64,000 bases of DNA from a virus. Below the pieces are notes generated by a model. It saw nothing but the letters and a program-made list of their open reading frames with translations. It did not search any database and was not told where the DNA came from. The position numbers and the translations under genes are program-made. Position 1 is the stretch's first letter, and each line of letters begins with the position of its first letter. Below are positions 48,749 through 59,032 of this stretch, one piece after another. Location: IMG/VR virus record IMGVR_UViG_3300029953_000012, positions 36,201 through 100,200 of that record, one strand, 5' to 3'.

Positions 48749-49192
48749 TTAGCCTTTAATTTCTATCGACTCGCCCTGTCTAAGAGAAGCTCCTTCTTTT
48801 AAAATTTCTTTTATAACATTTGGGTCGGAAGAAAAACGTCCTATACGAGCCGGTTCTTTATATCCCTGTGGTAATCCTCCCCCCGCCGCTACTACCGATG
48901 CGATACTCTCTTGATTTCTTTCCAATCCTACAACAGAAATATCAATATTATTTAAATCAATACCAAGTTCGGATAAACTGTTAACGCGGTCAGCACGAAT
49001 ACTGTTATCGTCATCATCTCCCCCTCGTCCGATTGCTACTGGAGTAAATGTATTCTGTTGGGCTGCTTTGGCGTTTTGTGACGGTGGTTTTGAGTCAATA
49101 GACGTTAATGACGTTCCGCACGACCCGCAAAATTTCGAGTCGATGGTTGTTTTTTTACCGCAGTTATGGCAATATTTCTCTAAGGCGTTCAT
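48749..49192 (-). CDS. Zinc-ribbon protein
   Basis: 'YCHNCG...KFCGSCG' double CxxC. TGTATAAT lies 7 nt upstream of the ATG. Confidence 0.75.
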   Translation of the reverse strand: MNALEKYCHNCGKKTTIDSKFCGSCGTSLTSIDSKPPSQNAKAAQQNTFTPVAIGRGGDDDDNSIRADRVNSLSELGIDLNNIDISVVGLERNQESIASVVAAGGGLPQGYKEPARIGRFSSDPNVIKEILKEGASLRQGESIEIKG

Positions 49193-49249
49193 ATGACTTA
49201 TTATACAATTAATTCGTATAGTTAATAGATATTTTTGATATAATAAAAC

Positions 49250-49702
49250 ATGCCCATTCTTTTTAAGTCACTCAGCCAGAACGAAAAGGTCGAATTTTTC
49301 ATTCATTGTCAAGAGTTAATGCTTAAATACCACCCCAAAAGTTCTTTTGTTATTAGAGAGGGTAGCTTGGATAAGGCTTTAGAAGTTTTTCAAGACAATA
49401 TTAATAAATATCAGGGCTATTATTACTCTAATGATAATATTTGCGTTCTATGGAACAAGATTGCCATTTCTGACCCTATTAATGTCAAGCGGGTAATTAA
49501 AGAATCTGCCTATCAGCCTCCTAGCGAGCATTATTCTGGTGTCTCAATAGACTTCGCGACCTTTAAGAATATTACAGACGTAAAAGAATTTATAATTAAA
49601 AACGACGAAGAAAGAATAAAGTACGTCCTTTTTATTAAAGAAGGTAAACCTAAAATTTACAAAAAAGATGAAATAATCAATCGTCTTCCGGCGAGTAGAT
49701 AA
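49250..49702 (+). CDS. Hypothetical protein
   Basis: 150-aa ORF with an extended -10 TGATATAAT (49236-49244) 5 nt before the ATG, so probably leaderless. Confidence 0.6.
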   Translation: MPILFKSLSQNEKVEFFIHCQELMLKYHPKSSFVIREGSLDKALEVFQDNINKYQGYYYSNDNICVLWNKIAISDPINVKRVIKESAYQPPSEHYSGVSIDFATFKNITDVKEFIIKNDEERIKYVLFIKEGKPKIYKKDEIINRLPASR

Positions 49703-49820
49703 AAATATAATTCGCGGGTTTGTTATTCGGGTCTACACCAGCCAGTTTCTGCCAAACTTTGTGTTCTGGCGTGTCCCACCATCTCATTAAATACAACTCC
49801 TCTGGGGTCATTATTATCAT
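49677..49820 (-). CDS. Possible 47-aa small protein (MIIMTPEELYLMRWWDTPEHKVWQKLAG...)
   Basis: Read manually. It starts 6 nt after the phoH stop and fills the gap; it is below the ORF-track cutoff. Confidence 0.35.
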   Translation of the reverse strand: MIIMTPEELYLMRWWDTPEHKVWQKLAGVDPNNKPANYIFIYSPEDD

Positions 49821-49826
49821 TGATTA

Positions 49827-50537
49827 TTAGAATTTTATTTTTCCAGTCTTTTTCATTATAAACCTAACAAAACCCGAGCGGACAATATCTTTTTCCTCAT
49901 TCATTCCAAAGGTAAAAATACCATTTTCTTTACTTTCAGAATCCGACAATAAATCAAACATTTTCTTAAAACCAGATTTACTTCCTATATCATTTTGGTT
50001 AATACTATCTCCAATAAAGAATATTTTTGTATGTTCTCCGCACCGACTAAGTAGAAGTAATATATCATCATAAGTAAGTGAAGCGGCTTCGTCAACTATG
50101 ATAGAGGCAGACGTAATTGATAAACCACGAGCAAATCCTAATGGAAGGCAATTGAGTTTATTTTCTTTGGTTAACCTATCTATCTCAGATTTAGAAAGTA
50201 GTTCAGATAATTTATCAAAAAATATTTGATTGAATGGTAGCATTTTTGAGGCAATATCTCCGGGAATGTAACCGATACCAAAAGAAGAAGATTCTACTGG
50301 ATTTCTTACATAGATTATTTGGTTAATTTTGTTTTGATATAAAAGCTTTAGAGAAATTAATACCGCTAAATACGATTTTGATGTACCCCAAATTCCATTT
50401 ATATAAATGCATTTGCACTCTTTGGATAATCCCGTTTTTATTATTTCTAATTGTTTTTCATTATAAGTAAACCTTTCTTTAATGATTGGGTTTTCTGAAG
50501 ACTGGCGGGATTGCTGTTTTTTATTTTTAGTACTCAT
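49827..50537 (-). CDS. phoH: PhoH-family ATPase
   Basis: 'GIWGTSKSY' (variant Walker A), 'VRNPVES...GYIPGD', 'LPLGFARGLS...IIVDEA', 'LLSRCGE..K.FFIGD..QND'. Confidence 0.9.
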   Translation of the reverse strand: MSTKNKKQQSRQSSENPIIKERFTYNEKQLEIIKTGLSKECKCIYINGIWGTSKSYLAVLISLKLLYQNKINQIIYVRNPVESSSFGIGYIPGDIASKMLPFNQIFFDKLSELLSKSEIDRLTKENKLNCLPLGFARGLSITSASIIVDEAASLTYDDILLLLSRCGEHTKIFFIGDSINQNDIGSKSGFKKMFDLLSDSESKENGIFTFGMNEEKDIVRSGFVRFIMKKTGKIKF

Positions 50538-50572
50538 ATATTAAAGACCGCGAACTAACCAAATGTTAATCC

Positions 50573-50581
50573 TAATTACAC
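50573..50581 (-). promoter_or_regulatory. Late-promoter motif GTGTAATTA
   Basis: Exact copy upstream of phoH. Confidence 0.65.
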
Positions 50582-50607
50582 TAGATATCAATAATAATTT
50601 TAATATT

Positions 50608-52476
50608 TTATTGAGTGAATTCGGAACTTACTAATCCCACGTTTACTAGATTTGTAAAAGCTAAAATATCATTTGGAGAAACGGGGATAGAAATATCACT
50701 AATATCATTACCAGTATTTGATGTCAATGGCGCGTTGACCAATCGTTTTCTAAATTGACCAGATGAATAATTCGTTATTAAAAATGATGCAATTGGTGAA
50801 GAAACAGAATTTGTTATAGCGTAACTAATAGTTAAAGTCCCACGACCGCCATAAGTATTTGTCCAACAAGACGTAATTGATATTGGATTTTCTATTACAA
50901 GTAACTGACCACTAAATATCCCACCTTGAAATACGTCTGCCTTTAAAGTGTTTGGATAATAAGTATTAGTCGCATTTTGAATAGGATTAGTTCCTTGCCC
51001 ATTCCAGTTGGCAAACCAAGTCAGCATTGAAACATTATTATAAATATAGGCATCCAACCCTCCGTAATTATTAAAGTAATTTCCTGTTACTACGGTATTC
51101 GTCGTATTATAAAGTAAAAGTGCTTCAGTATTTGTGCCTACTGCCCCTAAATAAGCTGAGGACATGTTATTTCTAATCGTTACATTATTTAGGTTTGTGG
51201 AAGTTAATCCTAAAATATGAATTCCAATTGAGTTTTGACTGCCAGAATAGAAAATTGTATTATCATGGATATTTAAATTATTTTCAAGATAAGAAGTTGT
51301 GGAATTTATAAAAATACCTTTAAAAACATTAACCATGTAATTATTACAGATTTCCCAGTCCTGCCAAGCATTAGACTCAGAGTAAATTCCAACTGCGGCA
51401 GAAGCGAGAGCGATTTGGTTAATATCACGAATATAATTTCCGTCTACCTTAAAACCTTTGATAAACCCAAAATTACAAATAAAATTAAAATATCCCGGAG
51501 TCATTAATCCTCCTGTCGTATCTGTCGTAACTGAAGTGTCCATGGAACAGTTTTTAATCTCACCGCCCAACAGCCAGCCATTTGTAACGGTTAGAGTGTC
51601 TGGTATGGAAAGTACTGGTGGTGAATTATTTGAAGCATTGCCGTTAAAACCATATCCACCCATACTAAGAAAATCCACTCCAGCATTAGGAGCCATAACC
51701 ATATTAGCACAAGAACCCAAAATGCAACCATCAATTAAAGCATGATGAACAGCGTTCGTTTGTACTGAGCCATAAAAATTACCGCCATAAGTCCAAATAT
51801 TAAGTATAAACTGTTCTTGATTTGTAATAGCTAATCCCCAGTTAATTACTTCGACGTTCTTAATCGTAGCATTATCACCAGTTAAAGTAACTGCTCTATA
51901 ATAAGTGTTACTCCAAGCTTGATTTTGCTCATTCATGTCAATAGTAAGATTCTCAACCATCATATTACTACGACCAAGTGGCAGATACCCAACATTCCCA
52001 CCAATAATATCATTATTATAACCACCAGCACCGGGGTCACGCTGGATAATTGTTTTGTTTCGTCCAGCCCCATCAATATCATAACCAGTCTGCATAACCA
52101 GTCCATTAGTGTCATGAAATGTACCGGCATTTAAATGGATTTTCGTATTAATTGGAAAAAAATTAGTCCAAGGAAATAAACCGTCAAATGTTACAGCATT
52201 AGTGGCTATATAAGGATTTGCCTGACTACCGTTGCCAGAGCCATTAATACCAACAGGAGAAATCCATATTTCATTAGCATTAGTTGCACTTTTTGTAAAC
52301 CAATTAAATAAATTAGCCGAAGTAATTTGGTAGGTTATAGAATTGCTAGCTTCCAAAAACGTCTCGTTGCCATTTAAAACGCCCGTTATTGGATAATTCG
52401 TCCAATTAAGACCAAAACATGTCCCTGTTACTAGAAAAGTCACCGCCATTACAAAGAAAAATCTTTTAATATTCAT
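50608..52476 (-). CDS. Signal-peptide-bearing right-handed beta-helix (pectin-lyase-like) protein
   Basis: MNIKRFFFVMAVTFLVTGTCFG signal. 'IWISP.G..GSG.GSQANPY', 'IHLNAGTF', 'IDGAGRNKTII', 'VENLTID'. Upstream motif GTGTAATAT at 52485-52493. Confidence 0.75.
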   Translation of the reverse strand: MNIKRFFFVMAVTFLVTGTCFGLNWTNYPITGVLNGNETFLEASNSITYQITSANLFNWFTKSATNANEIWISPVGINGSGNGSQANPYIATNAVTFDGLFPWTNFFPINTKIHLNAGTFHDTNGLVMQTGYDIDGAGRNKTIIQRDPGAGGYNNDIIGGNVGYLPLGRSNMMVENLTIDMNEQNQAWSNTYYRAVTLTGDNATIKNVEVINWGLAITNQEQFILNIWTYGGNFYGSVQTNAVHHALIDGCILGSCANMVMAPNAGVDFLSMGGYGFNGNASNNSPPVLSIPDTLTVTNGWLLGGEIKNCSMDTSVTTDTTGGLMTPGYFNFICNFGFIKGFKVDGNYIRDINQIALASAAVGIYSESNAWQDWEICNNYMVNVFKGIFINSTTSYLENNLNIHDNTIFYSGSQNSIGIHILGLTSTNLNNVTIRNNMSSAYLGAVGTNTEALLLYNTTNTVVTGNYFNNYGGLDAYIYNNVSMLTWFANWNGQGTNPIQNATNTYYPNTLKADVFQGGIFSGQLLVIENPISITSCWTNTYGGRGTLTISYAITNSVSSPIASFLITNYSSGQFRKRLVNAPLTSNTGNDISDISIPVSPNDILAFTNLVNVGLVSSEFTQ

Positions 52477-52499
52477 TATACCTTATATTACACTATTTT

Positions 52500-55400
52500 T
52501 TATTGTGATATAAAAGTATGGACTATTAAAGTACTTATGGTTACTTTTCCGCCACCACCGCCACTGCTGCCTCCACCAGACGTAGTCCAAGTTCCTGAGT
52601 TCCAGTTAAATACTGTCGAGGTATTGTTCGTTAGAGTTATCACTGCCCCAGATAGAGAATTCTCGTATATGAAATCGTTGCTAGGCCCGGAATTATAAAT
52701 TATAATCTGAGAATTGACGGGAATAGCGTTAGAATCATTGTTGATGATTACTAACGGTCTATTCGGGGAAGTTAAATAATATTTTGAACCCAAAGCATAA
52801 CTGACATAGTTTGTGGAAATTCCATTTGTTCCTACTATACCACCGCTGTTACTTATCTCAGTCCAGTAGTTATTGTTCGTGGAAATAGAAGGATAGTTTA
52901 TTTGAAAATAATTGCTGGAAAGTATAGTGTTTCCAGAATTCGTAGGAACAACATTATTAGTGTATGTGACGCCATTGGTCATATACGTATAAACAATTGC
53001 CTTGTACACTAGATTAGTAATCAGCGAAGAGTCACATGTTAAACCGTAATTGTACAGGGCTGGAGCTACTATGACACTGTTTGAACCGGGAGAATTGAAC
53101 TGGCTATAATTATTATTGCTGATGAATATATTAGTCGTCCAGCCGTAGGTTAACCACAAGGTTTCAATTGGATTAGCTATATTCGTACTTTGCATCGTAT
53201 TACCAGTGACGTATATATTCTCTGAGTGACTTATATCCAGAGACGGATTAAGAGATGTAAGGCTAGGAAATGAAGATACAGCAATGTCAGCATTCACGAA
53301 AAGGTTGCTTGTAATTAAGATGTTTGATTGACAGGTAAAGGCAGTTTCTGCACTGTCAGAACCAGTGACGATAGCGATATCATTATTTCCAGAATTAAAG
53401 AAATAGTTGTTAGATACCACGCAATTAACCAAGTGATTGAGATTAAGGAAGATATTACCGCCCGCAGGATTTGTATAGTAGCAGTCGTTATTAATGAAAT
53501 AGAAGAATGGTATATTACTATAACTAGCTGAGAATCCAATAGAGCATTCGCCAAAACAATTAGTTATAAGGCAATTTTCCAAATAATTAGGTATAGTACA
53601 TCTGTTTCCATACCATTCAATTGGAGCCAATACATCATTGAATGTGCAATTTGTAATAATCATATTAGCACCAGCATTAGCGCAGTCTGCTCTACAATCA
53701 TAAAACGTGGTATTAATATAAGTAAAGACATTAGCGTTAGTTGAACCGTCTGGATTCTTTAATACTTCGCCCTGCCATCCTTGCCACAACATATTAGTAG
53801 ACAAAACGCTAAAATCAGTACTATTCCAATTAGGAACATTTGTAGTCCATTGGAATGTCGCCACAAAAGCATCGTGGGTAACATCCCATCCAAATCCATC
53901 CACTTGATTTTGTCCACCAACACCATAACTATTATTCCTAAAGTTATCCTCCGTAGCCACATTAGGAATTCCACCATCAATATTAATCCCTGTAAATATA
54001 AGAGGAGTATTTGTCCCTACTAAATTTGTCGGTGTAAATTCATCAAACATGAATCCTCTTTGTGGAGAATTCGTTCCAGATGGAAAAATTCCCGGACCTT
54101 CACTACCCATGGCAACAGGTTCTGATATTCTAGCTCCTTGACCTATTAGATGAGTAAGATTAGTTCCATCACCCAGAATCGTAAATCCACCCTGACTCAG
54201 ATGAACTCCATACCAGTTATATGTAACATCTTGATTCGTGGCTAGAATTAGATAATTTCCAGTAGGGATGTATAGAATGCTAGAACCAGTATTATTTGTA
54301 TATAAAGCAGTGAGTGCAGTGTTAAATGCAGATTCATTATCATGGCCTAACGTAGCGAAAGTATGAGTCAAAGTGTTGGAGCATACCTTGGAAAGATAGA
54401 GGTTTGTTCCATTAACCACGTTGGTAACGGTAGCTACAAGGTCTAAATACCCGTTGGTATAGATATTAAAGCTATTCGTTCCAAAAGGAGTAATTGGTCC
54501 TGCGTTGAATACTTCAATGGCGTCTCCAATAACACTATTCGAGATGATATTTGTTGTAGTTACCAAATTTAAATTGGAAGTTGTATTGACGTAAAATTGA
54601 ACTGCGTCTCCTAACGCTCCATAGTTAGTTACATTAATACTTAATGAAGGAGAGTTTGATAAATATTGCAACGAAGCCGTGTATATTACTCCGGGACTGG
54701 CAGAATTATTTGTCTCGTTAAAAGAATCAATCTGAATAGTATTGGCACCCGAATTAACATACAGTACGTTTGTATATCCTGAGATATACCCTGAAGCATC
54801 TCCCTCATTAGTGAAAGTCACTGAAGCTGAGTTAGCTCCAATAGTTACTCTGCATAATCCGGGATTCCCTAAATATCCGTATCCACCGTTAACTATAATT
54901 CTGTAGTATCCACTATTCGTAAAATTAAGCGTATTCTGTATGCTGCTATACTGATTTACTAAAGTCCAAGAATACTGTCCTCCATACTGTTGAGAGTAAT
55001 CTGACTGATTATAACCACCATTTGCTCCAAAATAAGGATTTCCTGCTGTAGTTGCTATGGCTACGAAGTTACTGCTTTGCAATGTTTTAATAGAATTAGT
55101 GCCTACTCCAGCGAATACCGTAGGATTATTTAAATTAGTTCCAGTTAAATTTAATTGTTGAAGTATCCATGCAAACTGATTCGATACGGTATTTAGTCTG
55201 GATAAAGTTACCCAATTAGTACATTCAGTATATGCTAAAGTAAGATTAGTCTGCATCGAATATAATACTGGAAATGTAAAAGTACCCGGAAAAATAGATT
55301 CAGAATATCCACTGCTTAATCCATGAAGTGCTATATTATTAGTTACAACACTCTGTTCAAAGGCATTATAAAAATTTAACATAGGTACTGACGACTCAGA

Positions 55401-57473
55401 ATAATACCCAGTAAAAAACTCTGTTAATACAGTAGATTCAGTCAGCGTGTTGTTCCACCATGTACGCGGGTAAGCATAATAATCCCAAGGATTATAAGGT
55501 ATCTGGTCTGGATTGCCCTGACATCCTGCCTCAAATACTCCTTTGCTTTGCAAGAATTTTATTCTATCAATCAAACCGTTTACTTCAGGAATTATTAATA
55601 AAGGATTTTTCTGGGCGTAATCAGTCAATAATAAATCATACCCATACGACCCGAGATTTGTAGTCATACTGCTCCAATTTACCCAATTATTAGAAATGGA
55701 GGCATTATAGGAAGATGACGTTGGGAGTACGGGTTGACCATATACACATACTTGCATGTGTAAATTACTAGGGAGTTTACCAAAATTAGTTGGCGCACTA
55801 TTTAAACTAGCATAGGCTAAACCGGACACAATGGCATTAGTATCACCTAACTGAGTTACCTTATTAGCTACGTTAGTTAATAAATAACAATATTCTCCTG
55901 AATAAGAAATAGGCAAACCCGGATTACCAACCCAAGCATCACCTGTTGATTTAAATGGAGTATTTAAAGATACTTCGGCAGCATTAGTAGAGAATGAAGA
56001 ATCATCAATAGGATATATACCATAATACCTAGAGAAAGACTTATACGTTAACGCGTAGTTAACATCAGGAGGACTTGAAGTGTCACAATTATACACTTTA
56101 TTAGCCAACCAAGTGCTTAAATTAGTATTTGACTGTGACCAAGTTAATACAATTCCACTATATGAACCCAATCCAGCAGCATCATAAACTCCATTAGTCG
56201 GATTAACTAACTGCCCTCCAAAATAACCCCACCAATTAGTATCAACTAAGATTCCATTAATCACCTGATTAGTCATCTCTAATATCCTTGTGGGAACTAC
56301 TATATTATAATTATGAGGATAACTGCCGAATCCTTCAGTATAATTTGAATTGATTATTCCCAGTGCGGCCTCATACTTAATTTCTGACCCTGAAAATAAA
56401 TATGACCCACTGTAAGTACTAGTCCAGTGATTCCTCCACCAGTACAGATAACCTTGTCTGGTAGGTCCGTCTATTCTCGTCCAAGGATAGAAATCACCTA
56501 TTGCAAAATTAGCATAGATACTTTTTACACTCGGGTTTAAATTGTATGGCAAGGAAGATAAAGAAACTCCAGAATTATAAGGTATATAATCTCCATCTTC
56601 ATCAGGATATACCCATCTAACCCCCTGAGATTCCAAGAAATTCAAAACCCCATACCAAACATCCATATATGGCCACCCAGTAAAATCAACTTCTCTTGTT
56701 CCTTGTATTGTTGCTGTAATATTTGTTGGCAGTACTCCATTTAATAGATTACTGCTCTGTATGGCGTATGATGTTGCGTTGTTTTGTAAATCTACTACTC
56801 GATAAATAGTTCCGGGATACGAATTAGTCTGAGAAGGTAAAATGATTGGTACGGGTCTTCCTTCTAACTCTGACAAATAATAACTGAGGTCAGAAGAGCA
56901 TTGTAGTAATCCTCCACCTAAGGAATTGGTAGCAGCCACGACGGCGTCCAAGTTAGTATAACTACCTAAAGAACCGTGAATTTGATTAGTAAAACAATCC
57001 CAAATCAGGTTTGCTGGTGGAGAAATTAGTGTCCAATAAGCATTTGTAGCTGACCAATTTTGGTTAGTAAGTAATGATAGAGTAACATATCTTCCTACTA
57101 TTGGAGTGAATCTTATTGATGTCTGACTCTCTATCACACTTCCTGCATTGAATGCCCCATTAGAAAAGTTAGCATCATAGGGAACCCATTGAGTTCCTAC
57201 TAAATTAGTAGCCGGAGAACTATTTCCTACATAAACATTGACAACACCTATAGGATTAGTTTGCCATGTAGTATTTACATTGTTTGGCCACATAGGAGTA
57301 TATGAATAGTTGGTACCTGAAGTAAATACTCCTACTATAGTATTAGTACCTCCCATATCAAGAGTATACTCATTAACGGCATTAGTAATGACTGCTGAAT
57401 AAGGCAAGATGCTGGACTCAACACTGATACAAAAAAACAGTAGACTTAAAAAGATGGCTAAGAGTTTGGTCAT
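52500..57473 (-). CDS. Large signal-peptide-bearing multidomain carbohydrate-active protein (DUF4838-like plus beta-helix)
   Basis: Start revised to MTKLLAIFLSLLFFC at 57473. 'WYGVLNFLESQGVRWVYP...GDYIP' and 'Y...R..WN......L.EFFTGYY' are DUF4838-like. 'INVTNYGALGD...LYIPTGNY' is pectate-lyase-3-like. Confidence 0.65.
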   Translation of the reverse strand: MTKLLAIFLSLLFFCISVESSILPYSAVITNAVNEYTLDMGGTNTIVGVFTSGTNYSYTPMWPNNVNTTWQTNPIGVVNVYVGNSSPATNLVGTQWVPYDANFSNGAFNAGSVIESQTSIRFTPIVGRYVTLSLLTNQNWSATNAYWTLISPPANLIWDCFTNQIHGSLGSYTNLDAVVAATNSLGGGLLQCSSDLSYYLSELEGRPVPIILPSQTNSYPGTIYRVVDLQNNATSYAIQSSNLLNGVLPTNITATIQGTREVDFTGWPYMDVWYGVLNFLESQGVRWVYPDEDGDYIPYNSGVSLSSLPYNLNPSVKSIYANFAIGDFYPWTRIDGPTRQGYLYWWRNHWTSTYSGSYLFSGSEIKYEAALGIINSNYTEGFGSYPHNYNIVVPTRILEMTNQVINGILVDTNWWGYFGGQLVNPTNGVYDAAGLGSYSGIVLTWSQSNTNLSTWLANKVYNCDTSSPPDVNYALTYKSFSRYYGIYPIDDSSFSTNAAEVSLNTPFKSTGDAWVGNPGLPISYSGEYCYLLTNVANKVTQLGDTNAIVSGLAYASLNSAPTNFGKLPSNLHMQVCVYGQPVLPTSSSYNASISNNWVNWSSMTTNLGSYGYDLLLTDYAQKNPLLIIPEVNGLIDRIKFLQSKGVFEAGCQGNPDQIPYNPWDYYAYPRTWWNNTLTESTVLTEFFTGYYSESSVPMLNFYNAFEQSVVTNNIALHGLSSGYSESIFPGTFTFPVLYSMQTNLTLAYTECTNWVTLSRLNTVSNQFAWILQQLNLTGTNLNNPTVFAGVGTNSIKTLQSSNFVAIATTAGNPYFGANGGYNQSDYSQQYGGQYSWTLVNQYSSIQNTLNFTNSGYYRIIVNGGYGYLGNPGLCRVTIGANSASVTFTNEGDASGYISGYTNVLYVNSGANTIQIDSFNETNNSASPGVIYTASLQYLSNSPSLSINVTNYGALGDAVQFYVNTTSNLNLVTTTNIISNSVIGDAIEVFNAGPITPFGTNSFNIYTNGYLDLVATVTNVVNGTNLYLSKVCSNTLTHTFATLGHDNESAFNTALTALYTNNTGSSILYIPTGNYLILATNQDVTYNWYGVHLSQGGFTILGDGTNLTHLIGQGARISEPVAMGSEGPGIFPSGTNSPQRGFMFDEFTPTNLVGTNTPLIFTGINIDGGIPNVATEDNFRNNSYGVGGQNQVDGFGWDVTHDAFVATFQWTTNVPNWNSTDFSVLSTNMLWQGWQGEVLKNPDGSTNANVFTYINTTFYDCRADCANAGANMIITNCTFNDVLAPIEWYGNRCTIPNYLENCLITNCFGECSIGFSASYSNIPFFYFINNDCYYTNPAGGNIFLNLNHLVNCVVSNNYFFNSGNNDIAIVTGSDSAETAFTCQSNILITSNLFVNADIAVSSFPSLTSLNPSLDISHSENIYVTGNTMQSTNIANPIETLWLTYGWTTNIFISNNNYSQFNSPGSNSVIVAPALYNYGLTCDSSLITNLVYKAIVYTYMTNGVTYTNNVVPTNSGNTILSSNYFQINYPSISTNNNYWTEISNSGGIVGTNGISTNYVSYALGSKYYLTSPNRPLVIINNDSNAIPVNSQIIIYNSGPSNDFIYENSLSGAVITLTNNTSTVFNWNSGTWTTSGGGSSGGGGGKVTISTLIVHTFISQ

Positions 57474-57475
57474 AA

Positions 57476-58849
57476 TTACCACGAATTTGTCAACATGGCT
57501 GGCGTGGTTGATAAGTAGGTAATTCCGCATTTACTTCCGGGTTGAAGAACGAAGTAATCGTCGCCCGCAAGTGATTGGTAAACCGCCACACCGTTCTTTG
57601 AAACACTGTACGCTGCCGCATCGCTAAAATAGCATTCCAACGCAACAGGTGCATTGTTCGTGAAATTGAATGTTGACGCTCCAACGGTGACAGCAACTGG
57701 AATATGAGCGGTGTATGACGCAATTCCATTCGTTACCTGAATGCTGCCATTTAGTGTCAAGGTAATAGGAAGAGAATATCCTAATCCTCCGCTAGTAACA
57801 TAACTAACATTAGTATTCCCTCCAGTTAATAATAAATTGTATGCAGAAGTTCTAATCAACGCCATTTCATTAACCGTTGAATCACCCGGAGTATTGACAC
57901 TTGACCAAGTAATTGGACAAGTGCTTGCAAGTTGAAATCCTCCCCAGTAACTGCTAACATTGAATCCGTAAGGTGCGCCTATACTATAATTATTGAGAGA
58001 AGGGAATGATAAACCTCCGTTAAATGTAGTATATGACCCAGTAGCTCCAATATTAATATTACCGCCGCTATTAATTCCTAAATTAATATCTAAATTTGTA
58101 TCTACAGATAGGAACGTATTTGACCCAGAAGCACTTAAAACTGAGAAATAAAGAATATCACTTGAAGCAGCCCATAAAATATCATTAGTATAGAGAGAGT
58201 TAGTAATGGATAAACTAGGAAAAATACTGCCTCCACCTCCACCGCTCGCCGCTATCATATTTGTTCTCTGGCCTGTAGAACTATTCGTAACGCTGGTTAT
58301 GGTCACATTCGCACCCGCAATCAAAATGTCGTGCTGCCAATTAGTCAACCCACTAGCATCTCCAATTATCGGAGAAAGAAGAACAAAATTAGTAGCCGTA
58401 ACATTAGAGAAGGTTGCATTTGAAACTACTGTTAAACTATTTATGGTGGTATTTCCAGTGAGGGTTGCGTTTGTGATGCTAGCGCCAGACACAAGGTTGG
58501 AGGATACACCGGCTGTCAAGGCAGTCGTTGCGCTGGTTGCCGAGGTCGCATTGCCAATGAAGGTGCCAGTGATATTATTTCCAGAATTTGTCAACGTGAC
58601 TGCTCCAGCATTATTATTAGTAATTCCACTGGTGGAATTGCTTACAATGAGGTTCTGATTAATCCAATTCAATAGATTACTGGACATAATTAGATGGTTT
58701 TGGGTATTATTTGAATTTCCAATCAAAAATGTTTCACTGCCAGTTAAGTTTGTTACCTGCGAATAAGTTAGCCAAGACCCCGCGAACGAAGTCTGATAGA
58801 ATAATAAAATACTGGCTATAAAAGAGAATAGGGATGTTAATTTTTTCAT
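57476..58849 (-). CDS. Signal-peptide-bearing fibre-like protein
   Basis: Start revised to MKKLTSLFSFIASILLFYQTSFAG at 58849. Fibre motifs 'GTFIGNATSATSAT', 'GDASGLTN' and 'LIAGANVTIT'. Confidence 0.65.
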   Translation of the reverse strand: MKKLTSLFSFIASILLFYQTSFAGSWLTYSQVTNLTGSETFLIGNSNNTQNHLIMSSNLLNWINQNLIVSNSTSGITNNNAGAVTLTNSGNNITGTFIGNATSATSATTALTAGVSSNLVSGASITNATLTGNTTINSLTVVSNATFSNVTATNFVLLSPIIGDASGLTNWQHDILIAGANVTITSVTNSSTGQRTNMIAASGGGGGSIFPSLSITNSLYTNDILWAASSDILYFSVLSASGSNTFLSVDTNLDINLGINSGGNINIGATGSYTTFNGGLSFPSLNNYSIGAPYGFNVSSYWGGFQLASTCPITWSSVNTPGDSTVNEMALIRTSAYNLLLTGGNTNVSYVTSGGLGYSLPITLTLNGSIQVTNGIASYTAHIPVAVTVGASTFNFTNNAPVALECYFSDAAAYSVSKNGVAVYQSLAGDDYFVLQPGSKCGITYLSTTPAMLTNSW

Positions 58850-58902
58850 TTTTAATATGTTATAAAAAAACTCCAATCAAAATAATCATGAATTTACTCA
58901 TA

Positions 58903-59031
58903 TTAGAAAGTACCGACACTGAGGGGGAACCCTCCGGTATTTGTATAGATAATTCCGTGCGTCAACGCGGAGTTCGTGCAAACGTACTGTAGTCCGGCGA
59001 TGCGACTGAGGATGGCGAGGGGTTTGGTCAT
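58903..59031 (-). pseudogene. Short GC-rich ORF, probable remnant of another TN-rich secreted gene
   Basis: MTKPLAILSRIAGLQYVCTNSALTHGIIYTNTGGFPLSVGTF. It starts 1 nt after the upstream stop, its N-terminus resembles MTKLLAI of 52500-57473, and its h-region is broken. Confidence 0.35.
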
Positions 59032-59032
59032 G

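Noticed and set aside
52410-52476. Lipoprotein signal (Cys in TGTCFG / TGICFG)
   Set aside because: Residues before the Cys do not fit the [LVI][ASTVI][GAS]C lipobox. SPase I cleavage after CFG is more plausible.
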